Virus record (IMG/VR): IMGVR_UViG_3300037119_007256
Source of the DNA: an uncultured virus (IMG/VR IMGVR_UViG_3300037119_007256)
Taxonomy: Duplodnaviria > Heunggongvirae > Uroviricota > Caudoviricetes
Direction: 5' to 3' (one strand)
Length of the DNA stretch: 64,000 bases
Shown: in pieces, positions 10,086-17,330 of the stretch
How the letters are laid out: each line of letters begins with the position of its first letter
Position numbering within the stretch: position 1 is the first letter of the stretch
The notes under the pieces: generated by a model
What the model saw: the letters and a program-made list of their open reading frames with translations, nothing else
What the model was told of the DNA's origin: nothing
Databases searched by the model: none
Program-made: the position numbers and the translations under genes

Positions 10086-10157
10086 TCTCCTGCCCCGCGG
10101 CACTTTGTCCGCGGGGCGGTCCGGGGGCGGCCTGTCGCCGCCCCACACCTTATTATA
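10086..10157 (-). promoter_or_regulatory. -10 box (TATAAT) plus two-hairpin 5' leader and RBS (second copy)
   Basis: Same architecture as 9495-9565. Confidence 0.55.
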
Positions 10158-10590
10158 TCGCATCCAAGCGGGTGGTGGTCGCGATTATACGCTCGATCTT
10201 TGCCTCGAGCATGTCCGCCATCGTCTCCGCGCCCAAGGCCATTGCCTCGTCGACACTGACGGCGCGGGTGCGGAGGGCGTGCACCGCCGTGCGGGCGAGC
10301 GCCTCAAGCAGCAGCCCCTCACCCCGCAGCCACTCTTGCAGTGCCGCCTCTGTGCCTTCGAACAACACCATGGAGTAGGTGCCGTCCTTGTCGTATTCGA
10401 CGACACTGAAGCGGACATCGTCTTCCGCGGGCTCGTCCACCCACAGCAGCAGCCGCGGCGTCGCGCGGTCGTTGTGGAACCGCACTACGAACGAGGGGCA
10501 GGCGTCGTTGTGCCACGACACGTCCACATACCCCAGTTCGACCCACTTCGGCACCGCCCACTCGTCGCCGAACTCTGCAACCCAGCTCAT
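10153..10590 (-). CDS. Hypothetical protein
   Basis: GAGGTG RBS before MSWVAEFG; contains DVSWHNDACPSF. Confidence 0.6.
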   Translation of the reverse strand: MSWVAEFGDEWAVPKWVELGYVDVSWHNDACPSFVVRFHNDRATPRLLLWVDEPAEDDVRFSVVEYDKDGTYSMVLFEGTEAALQEWLRGEGLLLEALARTAVHALRTRAVSVDEAMALGAETMADMLEAKIERIIATTTRLDAI

Positions 10591-10641
10591 AGCATCACCT
10601 CTTTTAGGGACAGCCCTTGTGCCGCCCCTCATTTTATTTTA

Positions 10642-11064
10642 CTACCCTTCTGCGGGAATGGGTCCACTTTTCAAGAGTGGTTCCCAACCGCGGAAGTGGG
10701 TGTCCAGGTCAACCTGGACCAGGTCGCTGGACGGGGTCGACTCCCAGCGGCCCGCCGGGACAACATATACTGCGGCACCGTTCGGGTGGACCAGGGCCAC
10801 CAGGGCCAGTCCACCCTTGTTGGCCAGGGCCCAGAGCCAGGCCCGCTGATGCTGGGCGAATAGGCGCCAGGGTATCGGAGCGGAAGGATGCGGTGGCGGG
10901 GCGGCCTTGACCTCCAGGCCGACAGCCCGGCCGTCTGGGGCCGCCCCGCCGATGTCCCAGGGCCGCTTGCCGCCGTACGGCCCATCGGGGATGCGGTGCA
11001 GCAGCCAGCCCTCGGAGTTGGCCCCGTCGACCAGGGATAGGTATCGCGCTCGCTCGCCCCTCAC
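10642..11064 (-). CDS. RecU-like Holliday junction resolvase (PD-(D/E)xK)
   Basis: PWD...GLEVKA...HQRAWL...GGLALV; likely GTG start overlapping the upstream stop. Confidence 0.7.
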   Translation of the reverse strand: MRGERARYLSLVDGANSEGWLLHRIPDGPYGGKRPWDIGGAAPDGRAVGLEVKAAPPPHPSAPIPWRLFAQHQRAWLWALANKGGLALVALVHPNGAAVYVVPAGRWESTPSSDLVQVDLDTHFRGWEPLLKSGPIPAEG

Positions 11065-11972
11065 CTCTGGAGCCTCACCAGGTCCACCCATTGGCTCCAG
11101 TACTTAAAAAATGTTCCGCCGCGTTCCAACCGTGGCCAGAAGTACTTCCACGACATGCCGGATCGTGTATGCAACAGCATCGATTGGCAGAATATGTCAG
11201 CCTCGGCTGCAACTTCCTCCCACAGTGTATTGGCCGCTGGCCCCAAGCGGGGCAGCCTCAGCCCCACGACGAACTCCTCCTTGGGCAACGGGGCGATTAC
11301 CGGCTGCGTGGCCTCGTATACGTGGAGGCTACTAGCGTAGTGGTGGTACCGCCCCGGCTCCATCCCGAGGAGGTCGGCCGCCAGGCACTGGATCGCGCAG
11401 AACGCCGCCACATCGTATGGAGTGCCCCAGTTGAGGTCGTTGGACCGCATGACGGCGGTCATGGATAGGACAGCCACGCCGTCCGCCTCATCAGCATAGA
11501 GGTGAAGTGCCACCGTGCAGGGGACGTCGAGCGACGCGGTGAACCCCCCGGCGGTTTCGGGCCCCCAGATAGGGACGACCGCTCGCCTGGTGTCCGGGTC
11601 CGCCCTGAGCGCTGTGATGGCCGCCGGCATGGACCTGGCGAGGAGCGGGCCATAGGCCCCGTCAAAAGAGCGGGTCGCGGGGTTCACAAATGGCGCCATC
11701 TTGGAGTTGACTGCGGTCAATAGTTCGGCGTGGTCTGGCCCACCCCATCCGGCGATGTAGGATATGGCTTCCGCCACCCAGAACCGGTAGTTAAGGCGCC
11801 GCGAGGCACCCGTGTACAGACCGGCGGCGGCATTGGCGATTGTGAACGACCCAGGCCTTAGCTCAAGGCAGGGCAGCCCGCGCGGCCGGCGATGCTGGCC
11901 GTTGGCCATGACGTCGGCCACTAATGCGAAGTACAGCTCGTCCATCGACTCGGCGATCATTTCACCAGCCAC
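11061..11972 (-). CDS. Thymidylate synthase-fold pyrimidine nucleotide (hydroxy)methylase
   Basis: DTRRAV, catalytic PC (DVPCT), MRSNDLNWGTPYD and SLHVY motifs. Confidence 0.85.
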   Translation of the reverse strand: MAGEMIAESMDELYFALVADVMANGQHRRPRGLPCLELRPGSFTIANAAAGLYTGASRRLNYRFWVAEAISYIAGWGGPDHAELLTAVNSKMAPFVNPATRSFDGAYGPLLARSMPAAITALRADPDTRRAVVPIWGPETAGGFTASLDVPCTVALHLYADEADGVAVLSMTAVMRSNDLNWGTPYDVAAFCAIQCLAADLLGMEPGRYHHYASSLHVYEATQPVIAPLPKEEFVVGLRLPRLGPAANTLWEEVAAEADIFCQSMLLHTRSGMSWKYFWPRLERGGTFFKYWSQWVDLVRLQR

Positions 11973-12478
11973 AACGGCCCCTCCTCTTCCTCGTAGTTGT
12001 CATGTGATTGCCCAGCGGCGTCCGCGATCGCGAGTGCTGTGGCGTCCGGCGTGTACTCCACGGCTTCGAGTCCGACATGGTCGACGATGTAGGACCACAG
12101 GCCGGTATCGTTGCCGGCGAACGGCGGGTTGTCCGAGTAGAACACGATCCGCCGCACGCCGGCATTGGCCACAGGGCCGAGGCACCGGTGGCACGGCCTT
12201 ACGACACAGTAGAGGGTACCCCCACGTGGGTCGAACGGGCAATTCACCACGGCGTTGACCTCGGCATGCACGACCAGGTCGTACTTCCGCGGTCGCGCCC
12301 AATTCTCCGCCGTGTCCGGCACCCCGGTCGGCAGCCCGTTGTAGCCGACAGCCGACTGCCGGCCGTCGACCGACACGAGGACTGCCCCGACGCCGCGCTG
12401 CGGGTCCTTGGACATGTCCAGCCCCCGCACCAGGGCGACGTGCAGCCAGCTCCTATCCTGGGCCTCTACGCTGGGCAA
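11957..12478 (-). CDS. dCMP deaminase family protein
   Basis: SKDP..VGA, GYNG, HAEVNA and PCHRC zinc motifs; TTG start with AAGGAGG RBS. Confidence 0.9.
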   Translation of the reverse strand: MPSVEAQDRSWLHVALVRGLDMSKDPQRGVGAVLVSVDGRQSAVGYNGLPTGVPDTAENWARPRKYDLVVHAEVNAVVNCPFDPRGGTLYCVVRPCHRCLGPVANAGVRRIVFYSDNPPFAGNDTGLWSYIVDHVGLEAVEYTPDATALAIADAAGQSHDNYEEEEGPLWLVK

Positions 12479-13461
12479 GGTACGGCCTCCTTGGCGGCAT
12501 AGGTGCCGAGCGCCGCGCCGACCTCGGTGCACCAGTCGTCCTCGAGGTGGGGGCGAAACTGGCGGATATACATCGGGTGGTGAGCGTCGACGACCTGCAC
12601 GTCCGGCTCAAGCAGGCCTTCCCGCTGGGCGCGGGCGACCAGGTCCTGGGCCGGGTCCCCGAGCGCCAGGAGGAGGTGCGGCCGGATGTGCACGTTCACA
12701 TACCCGGCAAACTCCAGGGGCGACCTGAAGACGCTGGGCGACGTGTAGTAGCCGTTCCACCACTTGATCCCGGCCTGGTCGAGTGCCCTCCAGAAGAGCT
12801 TGGCGGCGGGTCCGCGGTCCATCGGCAACTGGGGGTCAAGGGACGGCCCGTGGAAGTCCGACGGTGCCTCCGCCAGGACCATGAACCCGCGGCCACCAGT
12901 CCAACCTGTGCCCAGCGAGGCCGGTAACAGCATGGCAGCGGCGTCGGCGTGCGCCTGCGCATGGGCCAGCAGGCCGAGCAGCGCCGGGGTCGGCCCGCCG
13001 TCCGGGTCCACCAGGTACGGCAGGGTGACGCGGATGGACGGCAGTCGGCTGGGCGGGTCGGCCCGCCCGTCGTGCAGCTCGTCGAACCGCTCGCACAAGG
13101 CAGCCAGCGGCTCCGGGCGGAACATCTCAGTGTCCGCCCACCTGGCGGCAATAGCGTCCGGGTCGTCGGTCATGAGGACAACCTGGGTCTTACGGCTCAG
13201 GGCCGCCAACTCGATCGCCCTCCACTCGTGCGCCGTCAGGTCAGGCTGGGACCGGTACGTACGCCCGTAGGCCGCCCCCGACCAGTGCAGGCGATCGACG
13301 ATCACTCGCGGGTGGGTGTCAGCCAGGAACCAGGTAAAGTACGGGTAGGCCGGGCATGGCGGTCGTGTGTGGTGCCTGTACGACCACCCCGGCGACAGGC
13401 GCCTCGCGAGTGCCGCCACGGTCGACTTGCCGCAGCGGTCGGGGCCCTCAATCAGTAGCAT
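12466..13461 (-). CDS. Thymidylate-kinase-like P-loop NMP kinase fused to a uracil-DNA-glycosylase-fold domain
   Basis: N-terminal IEGPDRCGKST and DR motif; C-terminal LAEAPS, LLALG..A and HHP motifs. Confidence 0.7.
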   Translation of the reverse strand: MLLIEGPDRCGKSTVAALARRLSPGWSYRHHTRPPCPAYPYFTWFLADTHPRVIVDRLHWSGAAYGRTYRSQPDLTAHEWRAIELAALSRKTQVVLMTDDPDAIAARWADTEMFRPEPLAALCERFDELHDGRADPPSRLPSIRVTLPYLVDPDGGPTPALLGLLAHAQAHADAAAMLLPASLGTGWTGGRGFMVLAEAPSDFHGPSLDPQLPMDRGPAAKLFWRALDQAGIKWWNGYYTSPSVFRSPLEFAGYVNVHIRPHLLLALGDPAQDLVARAQREGLLEPDVQVVDAHHPMYIRQFRPHLEDDWCTEVGAALGTYAAKEAVPCPA

Positions 13462-13464
13462 GGC

Positions 13465-13911
13465 TCAGTATTTCCCTTCGTCCTGTCTTGCATGGTTCAC
13501 ACCGACCTTTTCGGTGTGATACGCGTTCAACTCCGCCGCACCCATGCCGAGCCACATGGCCGTATTGACCAGGAAGCACAGCAGGTCCGCCACCTCAACG
13601 CGCATTTCGTAGAGGTGCTCCTCGGTCCACGGCTCGATACCCTCTGGCCCTTTGTCCGCCTTGTTGCCGAGCGACTGGGACCAGTGCTTCCATGGCACCC
13701 AGTCTCGCAGTTCGGCCGCCTCCTGTGTGATACAGGTGGCGTAAGTGTCGATCGCCTGCGTGATACGGGCAGCATCCTCCTCGCTCAGCGACCCGTCTGT
13801 CGCCAGGCGATCCCAGTCGGTGCCGATCGGGTGCCCTAACCCGGCGCCGCCGATCCGCGCCGCGAACTCCGCCTGCCGGCGGAATACCGCCTCCAGCATG
13901 TCCTCTGCCAT
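13465..13911 (-). CDS. All-alpha NTP pyrophosphatase (dimeric dUTPase/dCTPase family)
   Basis: EAAEL..WVPWKHW, EVADLLCF and KVGVNHARQ motifs; start MAEDML after GGAGG. Confidence 0.8.
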   Translation of the reverse strand: MAEDMLEAVFRRQAEFAARIGGAGLGHPIGTDWDRLATDGSLSEEDAARITQAIDTYATCITQEAAELRDWVPWKHWSQSLGNKADKGPEGIEPWTEEHLYEMRVEVADLLCFLVNTAMWLGMGAAELNAYHTEKVGVNHARQDEGKY

Positions 13912-13922
13912 ATATCCCTCCG

Positions 13923-13948
13923 CAGGCGGGGCCGCTGGGCCCCGCCTG
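13923..13948. other. 11-bp perfect hairpin in an intergenic gap
   Basis: CAGGCGGGGCC-gctg-GGCCCCGCCTG with no U-tract. Confidence 0.5.
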
Positions 13949-13958
13949 TCGCCGCACC

Positions 13959-15023
13959 CTACTCGATGATGTGCGCTCCGCACGCGGTGGCCAGCGGCCG
14001 CGGGAGGCGGGCCGTCACCAGGTCGAAGTCCTCCACCCACGAGCCGCCCGCCCTCTGCAGGCGGCGGCCCAGCCTCGCGTCGGGCCCGTGGGTGCCGAAC
14101 CGCGTGATGGCGTTCAGCAGGTCCCACTCCGTGTCGCCGCCGCCCTCCTGCTCGAAGGCCTCGACCAGGGCGGGCATGTAGCGCTCGTGGATCCGCAGCG
14201 CCCGCGCCCGCTCGCGCAGGGCTTCGCGCCAGTCGCCCTCGAACCTGGCGCTCGCCATCTCCCGTGCCTTGGTGACCAGGTCGTCGTACGCCGTCAGCGC
14301 CTCGGCCACCCCGAGCCGCACCCAGTGGAGCTGGTCTTCGCGGCTGCCGTAGAGCTGGCGGCTCCACTCGAACTGGCGGCTCGAGGACACCATGCCGTTG
14401 GTGCAGACGAGCCGCTGGGCATAGAGGGACACGTCCAGCTCGACGCCGTAGCGGTGGACCACTTCGACGCCCATGCGGAGGACGTCGCCGACTTTGGGGG
14501 TGACGGGGTCCTGCCGCATCGTCAGGAGGCGGACGCGCATGCCGCCGGGCTCCGTGGCCGCCATGTCGACCTCGGGGGTGCCGCCGACGCCCTCGGCGAC
14601 CGCGTTGTCCACGACCTGTGCCACCAGCCTGTGGGGCAACACGCCCCGCCAGGAGGGCATGATGTTGGACACTGCGCCCGACTCCACGGCGAACCCGAAT
14701 TCCTGATCGCGAGCAGCGCGGACGCGGTCGTTGATAACCCGCGCCTGGAGCTCGGGGTCCGACAGCTTCATGACAAAGTCCACGGGGAAGCCGACCCTCG
14801 TCGACAGCTCCCGCAGGCAGTGGGAGTTCGCGCGGCCGATCGTCTCATGTCCACCCTCGCCGTCCTCGCGCCTTAGCTCGAGGTGATGGCCGCCGCCGGC
14901 GACCGCCAGGTCGACCGCTTGTAGCCGTGCAGTGAAGAGGTTGCACTCGTCCCAGCCTGCCCATGGTCTGGTGGGGTCTATCGCGGTCTCGAGAATGCTG
15001 TTCTGCTCTTGCATTTGTTCCAT
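13959..15023 (-). CDS. DUF932-like protein
   Basis: RLVCTNG motif and C-terminal WDLLNAIT; AAGGAGG RBS before MEQMQEQ. Confidence 0.7.
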   Translation of the reverse strand: MEQMQEQNSILETAIDPTRPWAGWDECNLFTARLQAVDLAVAGGGHHLELRREDGEGGHETIGRANSHCLRELSTRVGFPVDFVMKLSDPELQARVINDRVRAARDQEFGFAVESGAVSNIMPSWRGVLPHRLVAQVVDNAVAEGVGGTPEVDMAATEPGGMRVRLLTMRQDPVTPKVGDVLRMGVEVVHRYGVELDVSLYAQRLVCTNGMVSSSRQFEWSRQLYGSREDQLHWVRLGVAEALTAYDDLVTKAREMASARFEGDWREALRERARALRIHERYMPALVEAFEQEGGGDTEWDLLNAITRFGTHGPDARLGRRLQRAGGSWVEDFDLVTARLPRPLATACGAHIIE

Positions 15024-15074
15024 CGCGGACCTCCTTGGTCCCGTCGGCGGGGAGTATGTTTTCCCTGCCACCTA

Positions 15075-15116
15075 ATGATACCACGTCGGGGCCCCAGGTG
15101 TAAACTTAATTCCCGC
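15075..15116 (-). promoter_or_regulatory. Promoter of the recurring early class
   Basis: GCGGGAATTAAGTTTACA-N18-TATCAT with an extended -10 TG. Confidence 0.6.
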
Positions 15117-15123
15117 GATCTCC

Positions 15124-15957
15124 TCACGGGGTCATCCCGGACGTAGGTCCCGTTAGGGCCGCCAGGAGCCCCTCACCCTCGGCTCGGCCCACCTCGCAGC
15201 CTTTCCGCATCGGGCAGAACCGGCAGCCGGCGCCGGCGGTCCGCGGCCAATGGCCAGCCGCCCGGTGAGCCTGGACTGCCCCATCGGCGGCCCGGACCCG
15301 AGCCACAAACTCGGTCTCGGCGCTGGGCGGGACCTCCCACTCGACGAGGATTCCCATGTTAACGTAGCCCACGCGGTACCACACCCGCGCGCCCGGCCAC
15401 CGCCGGCGGGCCCACCAGGAGTATCCCAGCGGCTGGATGTCCCGGGACCACTCGGCCACCCCCTTCGGGTCTCGCCTGTCCGTCTTGTGGTCGACCAGTA
15501 GGATAGTTCCGCTTCGGTCAAATGCACAGTCGACGTGGCCGACTATCTCCGGGCCGCCCGGCCACGTTTCCTCGCGGAACTCGGCCTCGACGGCCAGCGG
15601 CGGGCCGAGCGGCGCCAGGGTATCCACATAGTAGTCGACGGCCGCGGCCGCCTCCCGCGGCGGCACGCCGGCCCTGACCATGGCGACCGCCTCCGCCGCC
15701 AGGTCGGGAGAGGTGGCTCGTAGCATCCGCTCCAGCGAGGCGTGGACGGCGTCGCCGATGCGTGATGCCCGACTCGTGGTCCGCGGGGCACCACGCTCGT
15801 AGGAGTGCGCCCACAGGTCGGGGCACTGCTCCAGCATCCGGAGGGCCGTCACCCGGAACCCGTACCGCTCCTCCTGGGGGCGAGGCGGGGTGGGGGGAAT
15901 GGCCGCGTCCCGAGCCGGTCCCGGCTCCATCGTGCCGCGCGCCAGCCTGGCCATCAT
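15124..15957 (-). CDS. PD-(D/E)xK RecB/Cas4-like exonuclease
   Basis: CP..., IGDAVH, GHVD, VDHKT and C-terminal CRFCP...C cluster; ATGA overlap at 15954-15957. Confidence 0.8.
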   Translation of the reverse strand: MMARLARGTMEPGPARDAAIPPTPPRPQEERYGFRVTALRMLEQCPDLWAHSYERGAPRTTSRASRIGDAVHASLERMLRATSPDLAAEAVAMVRAGVPPREAAAAVDYYVDTLAPLGPPLAVEAEFREETWPGGPEIVGHVDCAFDRSGTILLVDHKTDRRDPKGVAEWSRDIQPLGYSWWARRRWPGARVWYRVGYVNMGILVEWEVPPSAETEFVARVRAADGAVQAHRAAGHWPRTAGAGCRFCPMRKGCEVGRAEGEGLLAALTGPTSGMTP

Positions 15958-17051
15958 GACAACCCCGCCACAACGGCCAGCCGGGCGGCGGCCCAGGACG
16001 CATTCTGCACTGGTACGCCCTGCCCGACGAACAGTGGGTTGGGCTTCGAGAAGGCCCAGTCCAGCGGGTAGCCCATCAGTGACGCCATCTCTCTCATGGT
16101 CAGCATCCTGTCCTCGTAGGGGTGCACGAAAATGTACTCCCCAATCATTGTGGGCCCGGCCCGGTCTGGGGCTATCACCTTCGGTCGCTTGAACTCCTGC
16201 CCGAAGTCCAGCACCGGCGGGCAGTTCGGCCACAGCCGCTCCCTGGCCCGCTCTATGGCGCCGACAGACCTCTGGTTCAAAGCTACCATCCCTTCGAGCT
16301 GGGCCATGAGCTTGGGTGGGACGTAACGCTGGGCGATTCTCCATCGATTCCCGCGCAGGGCCTCGTTCACCCGGTCTATCCGCGGGGAGTTGTAGCAGTG
16401 CATGCCGACCTCCGTTCCATCCGCAATAGTCACCGGGTGGCGCGACGGCGCTATGCCGAATGTTGGGGCCAGCCAGGGCCAGGACGGAGCGTTGTCTTTG
16501 CCCAGCCCCTCCAGGTCCCCGAGTCCGATCAGGTCCGGCTCGGCGGGCGGGTCGAGGGTGGCACAAACAAAGCACCGGCGTCGGTTCTGGGGGGTGCCAA
16601 CCTGGTAGGAATAGAACTCCCAAGTCCACCTGGCGGCGTACCCGGCGGCGTCCAGGACATTGTAGACGTCCGCCAGTAGCCGCGTCATGAGCGGCCTGGC
16701 CAGCTGGTAGCCGGACTCCATCAGGACAACCCTGGGGCGGGCACGAGCCACCATCCGCACCCAGTGCCGCATCTGGTCGTTCGTGTCGCTGTCCAGCTTG
16801 GAGCCGGTCATGGCCGATACGCCGCCGCACGGCGGGTTGCCGTATACCATGTCCGCTCCGGCCGGGATGGCGGCGGAGGCGGAGTCCAGCTCCACGACCT
16901 TATGCCGGGTGCCGGGGCGGTTGAGGTCCCAACAGAAGGCGTTGACCGCGTACGGCGGCGTTTCCCACACCTGCGCTACCCTGAACCCGGCTCGCTCCAC
17001 CCCGACCGACATGGAGCCGGCCCCGACGAGGAAACCCACAGCGTCCATCAA
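15954..17051 (-). CDS. DNA cytosine-C5 methyltransferase (divergent)
   Basis: Motif I GAG, catalytic PPC, motif VIII PQNRRR and motif IX/X RMLTMRE...GQGVP. Confidence 0.8.
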   Translation of the reverse strand: MMDAVGFLVGAGSMSVGVERAGFRVAQVWETPPYAVNAFCWDLNRPGTRHKVVELDSASAAIPAGADMVYGNPPCGGVSAMTGSKLDSDTNDQMRHWVRMVARARPRVVLMESGYQLARPLMTRLLADVYNVLDAAGYAARWTWEFYSYQVGTPQNRRRCFVCATLDPPAEPDLIGLGDLEGLGKDNAPSWPWLAPTFGIAPSRHPVTIADGTEVGMHCYNSPRIDRVNEALRGNRWRIAQRYVPPKLMAQLEGMVALNQRSVGAIERARERLWPNCPPVLDFGQEFKRPKVIAPDRAGPTMIGEYIFVHPYEDRMLTMREMASLMGYPLDWAFSKPNPLFVGQGVPVQNASWAAARLAVVAGLS

Positions 17052-17287
17052 TGCAGTTCCTTGGGCATGTCAATTACGTTGTCAGCAGCAAACTCGGGCG
17101 TCCCTGGCATGTACAACTCTATGCCACCGTGGTGGTTGTACCAGTTGGAGGTGTCGACGATGGCATCGTCGCGGAGTACCCAACAGTGAGCCCATTCTTT
17201 GTTGTCCTTGGGATTGGTAGCTTGTCCAGAGATGAGCTTACCGCCTCGTCGCTTGATCTCTTGGACTGACCGTTGGTAACAGTTCAT
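17048..17287 (-). CDS. Small protein with a possible Cys-His-Asp (transglutaminase-like) triad
   Basis: NCY...HCWV...IVDTS; visibly AT-richer than its flanks; upstream TACAAT -10-like box. Confidence 0.5.
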   Translation of the reverse strand: MNCYQRSVQEIKRRGGKLISGQATNPKDNKEWAHCWVLRDDAIVDTSNWYNHHGGIELYMPGTPEFAADNVIDMPKELH

Positions 17288-17330
17288 GGTGATAATGCCC
17301 CGCATATATTGTACGGTAGCTCATTGACTT

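Noticed and set aside
13465..14367. 300-aa version of the dNTPase ORF
   Set aside because: The upstream part overlaps DUF932 in another frame; an RBS supports the start at 13911.
15124..16830. 568-aa ORF, or Cas4 of a CRISPR system
   Set aside because: The N-terminal half is an alternative frame over the methyltransferase; the real gene starts near 15957 and is a stand-alone phage exonuclease.
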